DNA of 64,000 nt from Octopus sinensis (lineage: Eukaryota), in the NCBI RefSeq assembly GCF_006345805.1, contig NC_042998.1, positions 131,254,001 through 131,318,000 on the forward strand, read 5' to 3'. Each line of letters opens with the position of its first letter. The stretch's first letter is position 1. Shown piece by piece: positions 39,965 to 54,104 of this stretch. The position numbers and the translations under genes are program-made. Below the pieces are notes generated by a model. That model saw only the letters and a program-made list of their open reading frames with translations. It ran no database searches and was not told the DNA's origin.

Positions 39965-40589
39965 ACGTATATGTAAACTTATGTGTATTGTAAATCATGA
40001 TGTTCTCCCTTTCATATTTATATTTAGAATCTATAATGTGATCTGAAAGATCAGCAAAATTGGCCATTTTACATCGATTGGATGAGTAGTAGAAAGATGT
40101 ATTAAAATCAATATATAGATAAGTACACAAAGAATTAAGTTAATAAACACATCATTACATATATACGAACATCTATACATAATAAATCGACATACATAAA
40201 TAACTATAGCTGTATATGTATGTGTATATATACATGACAAAAATACGTACGTACATACATAGATATATATATTCATATGTTTATATTTATTATGTATTAA
40301 AGTGGATGTTCGTGGAGTGTGTGTCATTGTGTATGTATGTGTTTCATTGTCAATATGTGTGTGAGTGTGCTTCCAAGCCCGGGCGCGCGCTTGTGTTGTC
40401 TGTATGTTTTACAAATTAGATGGTCCATTCAATTAGGTTGAAAGAGGAAGTTTATTGGTATATATCATCCTCGCCGATACTTTGAAGTTCTGGTGAACGT
40501 AAGAAATGTTTATTTATTTATATATTCTACATATCCATTTATACACAAACAGATTCAGGCACATACGCGCATTCATATATATATATATA

Positions 40590-40640
<51 letters not shown>

Positions 40641-40717
40641 GTGTACGAGTGTGTACTTCTGTATGTATGTATGTATGTATGTATGCATGTATGTATTAGT
40701 AAATATATATACACATT

Positions 40718-40756
<39 letters not shown>

Positions 40757-40995
40757 TGAGAGAGAGATATACACATGCATATATATATAGAGAGAGAGAA
40801 AGAGACATACATATATATACATACATATATTTATATATATATATATATATATGTGTGTGATTGGATGTGTGAGCGTACGTGTATGCTTATTTGTGTTGTG
40901 TATATGCATACATATGTATCTATTTGCATATGAATAAATATATACATATACGCATACACATACACATATATAAGAATGAGTGTGTTTATTTATAC

Positions 40996-41069
<74 letters not shown>

Positions 41070-42910
41070 GTATGTATATACATAAACACTCACACACACA
41101 CTCACATATAAATATATATATTTGTAGGTATGAGTATGTGTATATACGTATATGCGTCTGCTTGCATGTACAATATATGTATTTGTGCATCTTGTGAAGT
41201 CTTTGAAGGAACAGGAACAAGGATTTCGATTGAAGAATACATAAATACCGAAATTCAATTATTCATTGATTTATAAATCTATTTCTGTTTATATGTGGAG
41301 GTTGGGCGCCGGGATTTGCAGTCTCCATCCACTTCACATCGATGTCTTTTATTTAATATATTAACTATTTTTAATGATAACTGCCATAATAGTTATTGTT
41401 TTGGTTTGCTGGACCTGAGAATTTGGAACGAGGATTTTAATGTAAAATGTACAAACGTACAACAAATAGTCTCCAAAACATTGTTTCTTTAACAAAAGTC
41501 TCCTATAATTAAACTGTTCTGACACAGCCATCTAAATAAGTTAAGGGCTCTCTATATCTGACGATCCCATAGATATTGCACCTAGAGTGTTCATCACTAT
41601 GGTGCAGGCTCAGTTATTTTGTTTCAGGTAGATTTGCATTGACCATAAAAGCAATTCCCTTCGTGTCCTTGACACCGATGTATTACAAGTTAACGACTAT
41701 TTTTAATACAACTTGGTTCCAATGACGTCATATGCATTGCCGTCAAAACTCAATGAGACTTAATTGAGAAAGAAACTCACCCAAAGCTCTGACAATTTTT
41801 GCAAATCCACTGCCCTAAATTTATACTTTATGTATCGAATCTAAATGTGTGCAAACCAAATTTACTCTCGCTGAAACGGTGAAATTTGAACTTAGGGCAT
41901 ATACTTCTGGGTCAAGACTGACAAGTCCGAGAGTGTATCTATATAAGCTCACATGTCCATAGACACTAAAAACAATTCACAGAAGTGTGGTTCATTTTAC
42001 AATGTCATACTCTTTTGCGAGTGATAAATATGTTGCTTCTCCACACGAATATATGCAATATGCACATATTAAAACGTATGCATTCTTTTTCAAATCTTGT
42101 ATGTCGACTATCGTTGTCTTTGTAAAGGATTATTTTTCACTTATGTTGTACTTCTGCTCTAGAGTTCGTTTTATGATGGTGTTTTTTTTTTTTTTTTTTA
42201 TTTATTTTCTTCATAAATGGAAATTTTGATCAGTTAAAAATATTGCTCATAGATTCCTTAAAGGCTGGATAACAAATTACTATCACTATGTGTCAGAAAA
42301 TAATCACATTGTAATATCATTGCATCCGTGATGGAGCAGCAAAAGCTGCAATAGCAAGTAGCAATCAATAGCGTAGCTACAGTGTGTGCCGCCTGGCAGC
42401 CCTTAATTTGCACCCTATACAGCACATCAAAAACTATTAACTCCATAAAAGCTTCGTCCATGGAAGAACGTCCCCAACGCTCACCAGCCCCACCATCACC
42501 ATCTTAGACATGCTACAAGTAGCAATGGGAGCGGTTTCGAAAATAAAGAAGCAGAGTCAATAGTAAACGAATGCACCGACAGCAGCAACAGCAGCGACCT
42601 CTAACAACGAGCTATTGCAAAGAGTGAGCAGGCAGGAACGGCGATGGTGGCACCCCACGTGATGCAAATTATGGAATATGCATACGCACCTCATTAGATG
42701 ATTTTGTCCAGTATAGTTTAGTTTCTGAACAATGAACTGCTTTCATATTTTCACTACCACAACTCCATCATTTACAAGGTATGACTACCACAATATTCCC
42801 CCTCTTCTACTACTCCTAAATATTTCAGACGGCACTCATATAAAATGAATTTTCTCTGTAGTGTGATTATTTTGTTTCTCACAGAAGGAAATAGAGAGAC
42901 GAGGAAGTGG

Positions 42911-42960
<50 letters not shown>

Positions 42961-45503
42961 CAGACAGACATACAGACAGACAGAGACAAATAAAGAGAGA
43001 AAAAAAATGGAAAAGTGAAAGCGAGAGAGAATTTAGCTGGTAAAAATTGTAGAATTCCCTGCTATTACCTTGATGTTAGCCTTCCGTTTTAACCAATTTT
43101 CATTTCGCGTTCCTTTTCAGAAAGAGCGATAAATCACGTAGCAATTGTACTCAGGCACACTCGAGAGAAGTCAACGTTATTTTCGTCTTTAAATATGATT
43201 AAGTAATTATTAAGTATTCCTTATTTGAACACGAAACCTGGATTTTATACGAATCGCCGTGATATAATAGTTTCAATACAGATGACTATCAGCTAAAATT
43301 AGAAGAGTTTAAAGAGCTGAGCAACTGATTCATTAGACTACAAGAAGACTGGTTTTGTTTGTACTTAATGTTGTTATCTGTATATAGAAACGTGTTGCGA
43401 AGAATGTTCTAGATATTTTGTAAATATTATCAGGTTTCATACTCATTAGGTGAAATGCAACAGGAAACCGCTGGAAACTTTTATTCACTAAAAAATTCTT
43501 TTAGTTCTTTACCCGCAGGATCAGCTAGACACAATTTCCATCACACATCACCCGTATTGATTGATTGAAAAACACTGATATTTTAAAATTTTAATTCTTT
43601 CTATGACGCTCGAAATAATTTATAATTAAAATTTTTGAAAGTTGTATCAACACTCTACTAATATCATAGCTCTATATCCTTAATTATAGAATCTCTTTTT
43701 GTCTGTCTGTTCCACTAGCTCTTTTTTTACGCAGTTTAATCCTTCTCTGACATTATCAGGTATAGTCCAATGAGGCAGTGCTGCTTTCTGAGCATTTTCG
43801 CTCGTGAATCATAGCCATTAGTAATACAAGTTAATGAAACACTTGTTAATCAGCCAAACTTGTTCTATTTTCGGTATTGAGTTGAGTCAGCAAATTGTGG
43901 GAGGTTTGAAACATTAATAGTTCAGTTTTTTGCACAACGGTGTGATGCATATCCTAAATGGGATACGGATCGCTAAACCTTCATCTTGTTGAGCATCACT
44001 ATATAGACTCCATCAGTTTCGATTTTAACAGGAACATATCGTTTCTGGGAACCGTGAATGTTAGTCAATGTTAAGGTAGTTTATGGCAGTGATGTGTGCA
44101 TTGTATGAAGGCCGATGATGAATTAAGAAAGTGCATTCATATGGTTATAATACATGGCAGAGAACGTATATTTGGATTTTAAAAAATCAGAGTAAATGAC
44201 GTTAGTGATTGGTATCAGAGCAAACGTGGGTCAAAATGGTTATGGTTACGTTATAGTAGCAGTTAGTAGTTGAAGTAAAATGTCATTTTCATATAAACAT
44301 ATGGCTAGAGTATATTACAGCAAAGACTGAGAGAGGATAATGTGGAATAGATGTGTCTGCATAGTAACTAGTAAAACACACCCGATATAGAATATGATGG
44401 CATGGACAAAGAATGATATGCATAATATCCGCAGTAGAAGAATTTAATTGGATATTTTATGTTCTTCTAGTTTGAAACTAGGTCAGTTTGCATGGATATG
44501 AGAATAAAAGATAAATTGCAGACTTAGGTCATGATTGCATGAAATTGTGAACATCTAAAGAATGTTTCACAAATAACGGCGGATATTAGGTGTTACTCTT
44601 CGTACTTACTTTTATGTAATAAGTGAGATTATGTAAAGGAATAAAAGTAATAAGGGCATTTAAAGAGAAGGAATGATGCCTTGTAGAGTAAGGATTTGAA
44701 AACTTTACTGGGATTTGAGTCCTAAATATACTGGTTTTATTTTCAAATACTGCTAATGAAAAACCTACTCTGCATACTTCAATATGTAAAGACAGACACG
44801 CCAAAATATATTTGACACCATATTAAAACATTTTAGTATCAACCAATGAAACTGAAACCCACTTATTCATAATCCCTTTCCAAATAAGAAAGGTAAAGTC
44901 ATAAAACAATTAAATAATGTTCTTTTAACTTTAAATCCTTTCAGCCACGACACTACTGCTATACTTAACATAATCTTATGCTATAGTCTGAAGAGAAGTC
45001 ACAGTAATGGATATGTATAATGTTTGTACAATACGTTCTGATATTATTCAGACACAAATACATTCTGGTCTACTTTGAAGCAATGCACGTTTTTAATCGA
45101 TTGTTACATGAAATTTTACTCATCCTGTTGCATTGCAAATGGGCAGTAGTAAAGATGAAAATAGTGTCGCATTACTTGCTTCTTTTATAGCCCAAAGCCA
45201 TCGAAAGACCCACACTGAGAAACGTAGCCTAACGAAATGATTACGCATTTCAGTGCGTTACTATAAATCTTTGCAGCAACCCTTTGCAGCAAATCTTTAC
45301 AAGAACTAATTCTTTTCAACTAACTTGACTCTTTACAGATAACAAAACTGAAATCTTATGAGTGAAGTATCTTTACCCAAGACAATCAGCAGCTCTAACG
45401 GCATAGTATTATCTCTTTAACCGTTTAAATAATGTATTACAGACCGAGAAAATTAGTGATTTATCTAAAAAGAAAAATTCTTTTAATAAATTTCACAAAT
45501 ATA

Positions 45504-46382
45504 CAGGGTGTTTCATAAGTGTATTTCACATTCTGAAAACTCTTATATCATAAACTACAAATGGTAACGTGATTGAACAGCTATCATCTAAAAGCTAAAA
45601 GGATCAACTTTTCTTCCGTTTATTTAAATTAGATTAAATTAAATTAAATGTTGTCGTTTGTGTCTTTTCAAATCCAGTAATGCTATTCGCAGAACAAATG
45701 AAGTCATTTTGCTTCATAGAATACGCTAAAACTGAATCAGGGACACGTGTTCAACGCAAATTTCGTACAACGTTTACCAAACAGGCACCAGACAGACGCT
45801 CCAGTTTGAACTGGCATGTAAAATTTAAGGAGTAGGAGGTATTTATGCCCGGCAAAGAGAACAAGACGCCCTTGCGCAAAATTCATTGCGAATAGCTTTA
45901 TCAGTGCCCTTCAACTTTTGAACCAATTGCAGCTTGTATGATGTGGACTGCAGCCGTCTACTTAAGACGCGCCAAACAGTTATTGATGGGAATTGACTAT
46001 TCTGAGTGATGTCTGGGAGCTGCGCTGGAAAGCTTGCCGAATCTGTTCAAACGTATCATCTGAAGCTGAGTGATGTCCTCTTTAAATTCTGCATGCCAAT
46101 TCAAAATGGAACGTCTGTCTGGTGCCTGCTTGGTTAATTTTGTACGAAATTTACGTTGAACAGTGTCCAGGATTTGGTTTTAGCGTATTCTAGGACGGAA
46201 ATGACTTCTCTTGTTTTGTGAATGACATTACTGGATCTGAAAAGAGACAGAAATCAAAATTAAATAAAGTTTAGTTTATAAAATTAAAATAATTTTAAAT
46301 AATACCGGTTCAATCATGCTACCATTTGTAGTTCATGGTATAAGAGTTCCTAGAATGTGACATAGACTTTTGAAACACCCTG
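45504..46382. mobile_element. Tc1/mariner-family fold-back element made of two inverted 5' halves, flanked by TA
   Basis: TA|cagggtgtttca...tgaaacaccctg|TA. Inverted similarity extends about 300-330 bp and includes the transposase N-terminus (EQMKSFCFIEYAKTESGTRVQRKFRT, DUF4817-like HTH). The minus strand also gives TVWRVLSRRL...YKLQLVQKL. Confidence 0.85.
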
Positions 46383-46634
46383 TATATTGGCCTTACAAAA
46401 ACAGAACTCTGTTGTTTCAATCAGGTTTGAAACCTTAATACCATCAATAACAACCACATTTCTGTCTGATTATAAACACTTTGTGAATTAGGGTTTATTT
46501 ACCCTTATAAGTGGTACAACTTTCTAGTCAAACATCTTTCCTGATCCGATTGTGGAATATTGATCGATCTCGGAATTTCAATTACCAGGTTTCATGTCGT
46601 ATATTTAATATTAGACGAATGAGCTCAAACAACG

Positions 46635-47250
46635 GCAATGTCTGACATCATGGCCATTACGACTATTCCACTCCCACTCCTACTACCACTATTACTGCTT
46701 TTATCCAGATCCTCACCAACACCACCTCTGTCATTATCACCCTTCACATTAGCCACACTACCAAACCTTCTGAATGCCATTACTGCCACCATCAAAAGTA
46801 CCACGACCACGACCACCACCACCACATCACCACCACTATCACCGCTGCCGCCACCGCTAACACCATTTTTAACACTACAATTACGATCATCACCACTGCT
46901 ATTTCTATCAATACAGCCACCACATATTAACGCCAATACCATTACCATTAGCACAACCACAATCACCACTACCACCACCACCACAAATACCACCAAAAGC
47001 ACCATCACCTCTATTATCTTCAACAGCCCTTAACAGCACAATTACAATCACTAACAGTATCATCACCGCCACCGTCGCCACTATCCATGTCCACTGCCAA
47101 CACATCGCCATTATTTTCACTCTTACTTTCCCCATTAATATTACGCCATCACCACCACTATCAAATACCTGTTGCAACAACCCTCTGATAGCCATCATTA
47201 TCGCCACTGCCATCCTTACCAAGTAACTTACCTCTACAATCTTGTATATT
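46635..47250. repeat. Degenerate (ACC/ACT/ATC)-rich trinucleotide low-complexity tract
   Basis: Direct inspection; gives Thr-rich and Val-rich pseudo-ORFs. Confidence 0.8.
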
Positions 47251-47477
47251 TCCTTACCACACTGCATATCGTTCTTGAACAGCGCCAGTAACAAACAGGT
47301 TTTTCTTTGAGATGAAACTGTTAAAGCCTTGGATCAACCCTTCACCATTTCTGGAGGAAAGGCGATGTCAGTGATCCCCAATGATGCTTTCACAGAACAA
47401 CGCAGTCAGTTCCGAGAGAGACATAGAGAGTAAGCGGAAGAGAAAAAGAAGAATCGGCTCCAATACTTTACTTTATT

Positions 47478-47604
47478 CATACTTTATTTATCGATCCCAA
47501 AAGAATAAAAGGCGATGTTGACCTCGGTCAGATTTGAACTCCCATTTTGCAAACACCACATGATATTCTATCCGACACAAAAATTGCTCTGTTAATTCGT
47601 CGCC
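47478..47604 (-). mobile_element. Diverged SINE family 1 fragment
   Basis: tactttatttatcgatcccaaaagaataaaaggcgatgttgacctcggtcagatttgaactc. Confidence 0.65.
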
Positions 47605-48398
47605 TTAGTTTTATAACCCTTCATATGAATTGACTAACCATCACCATCTCCACGATTACCTTCTCAACCATCATCGCCACCACTATTACCACCCTCAACC
47701 AAATCGCCATCCCCACCACAATTTCCACAATCATCTCCACCACAACCACTAAAATTCTCTTCCCAAGGGACCTTAATCATAGTCATAACGTCTCAAAAAA
47801 TGTTATTTTGTTATTATTTTTACTTTAAAATGAATTAATTTATTAATTATATCAATTTCATTAATTAATTTGTTTATTTTCGTATGATTTCTTTCCTTTC
47901 TTTTTTTCCTCTGCGTTGGTGTGAACGGGATGTGTGAAGTATGTTGGGTTACGTAGAGAATTAAATCATATTGTAGATAAGAGATATTGTTTCATGTGCG
48001 AACTTTTAGCACTTACTCTTTAACAGATTTGACGCAGGAATTTTTTAATCATATAGCTCTTTAATTAGAGGTCATCAGACGTCGTCAAAATTATACAGTA
48101 AACTTATTGTTCTACAAGCCATTTTCTAAGTTTCTAAATGAATTTATTATTATACTGTTAATGAATGCAACAGCGTAATTTATGCATGTATAAATTTCAA
48201 TTACACTTTATAATATCGACTATTCAGTGAAGTACATTAACGACAGGTTTCTCTATTTGAATGCCACGCCATATATACATACAAACATTCTCATTGATAA
48301 CTTCACACAGATATGCATGATAACTATCTATCTATCTTTCTATCTGTCTGTCTGTCTATTTATCAGTCTGTATGTATGTATGTATGTATACATGTATG

Positions 48399-48473
<75 letters not shown>

Positions 48474-50489
48474 ATACACTGCATCATCCCGGTTTTGATT
48501 CGCAAACTTCCTTATTGTAGATAGTTTTCTTCCCCTATAGTTATTAGTGAGTCTATTTGATGTGAATGAAACGGTATAAAGCCAATAATAAGCGACAGAA
48601 TTCTTTGACAGCCTGATGGAGAGGTATTTCTACTGCTGATTTACTAGCGTGCTTGAAAATAATGAGGCACTTTTCTACCTAACGTGCTTTTGATGATTTC
48701 TTTGAAAGTTTTACGAAACTTTCCATTTCATTTCCAAACTCAGAGTTTTTGCTGTTGTTGCTATTTCCACAATTGGTTAAGTTTCCTTGGTTGCTGTAGC
48801 TCTTCTCGTTATACTAACATCTACAACGTTCCCTGGATGTTGCTGAGGTTGTTTCTGTTTAACAGTACTATTTTCAGCACAAACAATCCAGTTAAGAAAA
48901 TAGAATTGCATATGGCATTCAATACCGCACTATATTCTGTATATATTTTTCAATTCTGACTATTTTGCAACACAATGAATGACTTCAAATAATTACCACT
49001 ACAGTTTTTTTTTCATATCTGGAAGACCCCTTATTACATTTGTTCTTCATCGACTCTTGTTTTCAATGAGTTCATTTGGGACTGACTTCTCTTAAGGTTT
49101 TGGAGTCTCTGAATAATTCTTATTAACAAGTACTTTAGTCTCTATTTTTGTAGCTTGGATAGCAAGATTCAGAAGGTGTTCGTAAAAATCAGCAAATGGG
49201 AAACCCGTTTTTTTTCTGATTGCCAACTTGCATTAACACTGTTCATATTTACTGCACCATCAAAATATTCTAGAATTTTGTCAATTTTCAGCTTCGCTTC
49301 AGTGTACATTTTTTAATTATTATTTCATGCACAACATTTCCTTTGGTGGAATGCATTGCATAGAATACGCTGAAAGACTTGCTGCTGTTTCCATCAATGA
49401 TTAATGAATTTCATCTTCGTCGATCTTCCTTATGACAAACATTTCATTAAACATGATGGAATATCCCGAAAACGTTTCTACATAATCTGCTATTTTATTT
49501 AATCTGTTATTTTACTTGCGGAAAACATGTAAGGACCAACAGCATTTTCGAAGCAAACTGATTTCTGAGTTCTCCTATTCAAAGAATATTCTTGGAGAGA
49601 AAATATTCCAAGACACTGACACGGTTAATATCGAGATTTTTGCACAAATTATTGCAATCCCCTTCATTATCTCGCAAGACTAGTGTCTTGACAATAACTA
49701 CCAAGTTTTCTCTTTTCAGTGTCACATGCTGACAAGTATTTTTGCATTCTTTGTGAGCCGATTTGTCGGTTTCCAAATTTGAAGATGTTAGGATAAACAC
49801 TTTAACAAGGGGCGCACGAAGCTTGATATTTGTCAATGTTACTTTTTACGTAAACTGAAAGATTGGGTCAAGCTTCGATGATGCTATTTCGCAGAAGCTG
49901 TGGAGCCACCTAAGCCAAGCCTTTCATTCATTCCATAATGATTCTCGACGCTTGAAATATTTTCAGATTTTAAAAGCTATCTTCTTTTGAGATTCCTGGT
50001 TGGTTTTTCCTTTGTCAGCTATGTCCTGAACATTGCTGTCAACATATCTGATGTTGGCCGTAGTTTAATAAAATTGTGTGGATTAAATATGCATCATCCC
50101 TTCTTCGTTACCAGAAAATCTCCCGTAAGATGCTTCGCATGAAAAATTTAAGTATCCGTTGTGATTTTCAAGCATTGATTTTCAAAATCACTGCTTGGCA
50201 GGCACGAAGAATAGCAACGGGTTTTCATTTGAATTCAAAATCTGATTTCAGCCTTCTGCATTGAAGGAGCGTTAACGATAACACCGTTTGCATGTCCTTT
50301 TCTTTTCTTTTCTGTTTTTTCACCGAACAGATTTATCATATCCATTTACAATTTGGTATACGACAAGATCAGAATACACACACTGGAGACAGCTACTTGT
50401 ATAGCGGTGATTAATGTTTCTAGAGAGAAATTTCAAAGTAGGTAAATTTGGTCAGTGAGCATAGTCATGCAATATTATCAAAGAATAAA

Positions 50490-50701
50490 GGCGACAAACA
50501 GGCGGAATACTTTGCACGCGAGGTGAAATGGTTAGCGGCAGTTCGTCCGTCTTTACGTCCTGATTTTAAATTTCGTTGAAATCGACTTTGCCCTTCATCC
50601 TTTCGAGGTCGATAAAATAAGTATCAGTTGGGTACTAGTATCGGTGTAATGGATTTATCCCCTCCCCCGAACTTGCTGGCATTGTATTAATATTTGAAAC
50701 A
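50490..50701 (+). mobile_element. SINE family 1, tail type C, with 19-bp TSD
   Basis: Flanked by aatattatcaaagaataaa at 50471-50489 and 50702-50720. Confidence 0.85.
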
Positions 50702-50724
50702 AATATTATCAAAGAATAAATATA

Positions 50725-50936
50725 CTTTTCTACTCGAGGTACAAGGCCCGAAATATTTGGGGAGGAGCTAGTCGATTAGATCGATCCCAGTACGCAGCTT
50801 TATTTAATTTATCGACCTCGAAAGGGTGAAAGGCAAAGTCGACCTCAGCGGAATTTGAACTCAGAACGTAAAGACAGACGAAATACCGCTATGCATTTCG
50901 CCCGGCGTGCTAACGTTTCTGCCAGCTCGCAGCCTT
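50725..50936 (-). mobile_element. SINE family 1, tail type D, with 16-bp TSD
   Basis: Flanked by tcaaagaataaatata at 50709-50724 and 50937-50952; well-preserved body. Confidence 0.9.
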
Positions 50937-52035
50937 TCAAAGAATAAATATAGAAAGATCGGAAAGATTCATGGTTTTCTATTGTGAATACAACGGGGAC
51001 TGGAGTGTAAAAGGGGAGATATTTTTGAGAAACATGGATATTGCGTAAATTCTATGCATGAAAGAATGAAGGACAAAAAGGACAAATTTATCCAGGCTGA
51101 TAATTTTGATCAATCTTAACGAGCACTCTAACAATTTTGCTTTATTAGTCTGTTTTTTTTCCCTCTCTTACTGTGATCGAAATTTGGAGAACAGTTGTCC
51201 CCTATCCACAGACTGTTATGTCATGGCTTTGACTGTGTTAATCCAAAGCGTTTTTCCTTTCTTAAGACATTACGAATAGTTTGAGAAAGATAAAGTTATT
51301 TCTATAGCAGGTCTAACGTCAATATGGAATGATGTTCGTACGTTTATGTAGTTATAAGTTAATATATTAAACAACTATTTATTTTCCACTCTATGTTGCT
51401 AATCAATTAGTTGAGTAAGTAATGAGTTAACTAACCGAGTACGTAGCATGACAGATGTGAATTCGTTAGTTTCTGAGTTCAGTATTAAAATAAATCATTC
51501 AATTAATTAAACAAATTGGCTCAGGTTATATACATATCTAATTCATGGTTTAGTTGGTATAAAAGCAAATTCAAGTGGTTAGGTATTACTTTCCTTCTTT
51601 ACATATCTAAGTTAAATTGTTAGTAAAAAAAGTAAGGGAATGATTTAGTAAATTTTATCATTTTTTTCTTTTTAATGATTATTTACATTTTTAGCTACGC
51701 TAAATTACTTTAATTAAGCTTCGTTAATTATTGCAGAAGTAACAGTGTCGCGAAACTAAATGACGAAAAAATGATAAAAAGCCGAAATAGAGTATTACTG
51801 AATGCATTCCCTTACAAACCGAACTACCGAAGCCGCAGGTTCCAGAAGCCAAATAGAAACTTTCAATAAAATGATGAATACATAGCTAGGCAAACTTATG
51901 CATATACATACGTACGAAAAGCGTACAGATTTGGGTTAGTGGTCCTTCAGATTTACCATACATACATACATACAGACAGACAGACACATAGATGAATAGA
52001 TAGATGATCAGATGCATCTCTCTCTCTTTCTTTCT

Positions 52036-52077
<42 letters not shown>

Positions 52078-52081
52078 CACA

Positions 52082-53717
52082 AAAATCTACATATTTGTAA
52101 AGCTTGCAAAGTTTCTCCAAGTCTATGCATTAATGCCCCCCCCCCTACTGACCTCAAACTTAGACCCATCATTGCTAGCCCTGCTTGCGAAACTCACCGT
52201 TTGAGCAACATCTTACTCAAGCCGTTTCTAAAATATATGAAAAATTTCATCAGGGATGAATTAGACGTGCTTAACCCCCTCCCGTAGACAACAAATGAAG
52301 GAACCCTGTTAATATCATTCGATGTGGTGAACGTGTACACCAATATCCCACATGATTATGGTATACAAGCAATCACCTTCTGGCTAGAAAAATACCCAGA
52401 AGTGATCCCAGGTCGCATCAACCGCACATTCATAATCGCAGCACTCAAATTCATCCAACGCACTCAAATTCATCCAACTGAACAACTATTTCCTGTTCGA
52501 TACAGTTTACTATCGACATAACTGTGGAATTGCAATGGGAACCGGAGCTGCCCCAGTGATTACGAACCTTGTAATGGGTTACCTAAAACTCAAAATATAC
52601 CAATCATCACTACAAAAATATGGCACCTCATTTCATTGCTATTTAAAGAACTGGAAGAGGTAATTGGACGATTGCTTTGTACTTTGGAAAGACTGCATGG
52701 ACAAATTCCTCGATTTCAAAATAATTCTCAACAATATTAATACCAACATACATTTCACCATGGTGCACATAAACAACTCCCTTTTCTTGATATCCTAATT
52801 AAAATAGTCAATAACCACATCGAAACAGACAGCTTCTATAAACCCACAGATTCAAAACAATACCCCTTATTTAAGTCATGCCACCACAAACACATAAAAA
52901 TTAATATACCTAATAATCTAGCGAACATAATCTGTACCATAGGTTCTAACCCCCTATACACGTGAACGAAGTCTCCTTGAACTCAGATCAATACTAATCA
53001 AAAGACATTACCCAATATCATTAATAAATGATGGCATTAAACGAGCAAAGGAAATAGATATACGAACATTAAGGGAAGTCAACCGAAATACTACTCCAGA
53101 CTTAAAAATACTCCCATACATCTCCACACATAACCCTAGAAACAATGAAGCCTTCAACATTATCATCCAAAATCTACCCATCCTCACAGGAGATGAAACA
53201 AGGAACAAATTTTAGGCTCACACAAAATTATCAAAAGCAAAATGCAATCGAAATTATTGAAAAATATTAACCAGCGCAATGCTATATCCATTAACAACGG
53301 AACCAAAAAGGAAAAAAATGTGGTCAACCTAACTGTGGCACATGCCCCCATCTTTTGGAGGTTTCAGAGTTCCACTTTAAACAAGGTGAAATATTTAAGA
53401 TTAGATCAAATTTCACCTGTGTCTCGGAAAACCTAATTTATGCCCTTACATGCTTAGGGTTCGGTAATCAGTATATTGGCCAAACAGGAGTATCACTCCG
53501 TTGAAGAACCACTCTCCACAAAGAACAAATCTGCCACCCACAATACAAACAGATACAGGTCAGTGAACACATAGAAAGATGTGCTAGGAACCTTAATCCT
53601 AATTTCCTAATTTTCCCCTTCCATCAATGTTCACAGAACATCTCATTACAACAACGAATGATTAAAGAGGCAACTTTCATCAATAAATATCTTCCACAAC
53701 TCAATATGAACACATAA
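52082..53717 (+). pseudogene. Decayed Penelope-like retroelement ORF (RT + GIY-YIG endonuclease)
   Basis: LKLRPIIAS, SFDVVNVYTNIPH, GIAMGTGAAP...NLVMG, WKR*LDDCF, LPFLDILI, YKPTDSKQY, NLIYALTC...YIGQTG (53430-53486) and IKEATFINKYLPQLN; several stops and frameshifts. Confidence 0.9.
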
Positions 53718-54104
53718 CATAATACAGAACACTACTAACCTTTCAATTAATACCACTAACCCCCATACATCCCATACATCATTCACATTACAGAATTATA
53801 TCTATCCAAATTGCACCAAATCCAGAATTACTTATCTCCCTTACACATAATCGTTTTATTCAGGGACTAGTATGCCCGACACCGTTCGATAATCCACGCG
53901 CATTCAAAGCCAGTGAACAGCAATTTAAAAAACAGGTATGTCTTTGAATCTCTTTAACAATTCAAAATAATGACTTCTATTACTTTTATTCCTACCTCAG
54001 TTCATCTAATTATGTATATCTATCGTTACTTTTCATAAAAAGCCTTTACTTTTTCTATTTTCATTTTGTAACATATTTCTATTATATATATATATAATCT
54101 TTTC

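Noticed and set aside
42640-42680. Adjacent E-box and octamer (cacgtgatgcaaat)
   Set aside because: Short motifs expected by chance in 64 kb, with no independent support.
43085-43210. Candidate exon after a polypyrimidine tract and AG
   Set aside because: No recognisable peptide, and no neighbouring exons to link it to.
41500-44800. Scattered very old LINE-like pieces (near 41.6-41.9 kb, 44.0-44.3 kb and 44.6-44.8 kb)
   Set aside because: Only a few residues resemble RTE or CR1 motifs, too weak to annotate without a search.
46625-47294. Overlapping 128-132 aa ORFs
   Set aside because: Products of a degenerate ACC/ACT trinucleotide tract (poly-Thr or poly-Val).
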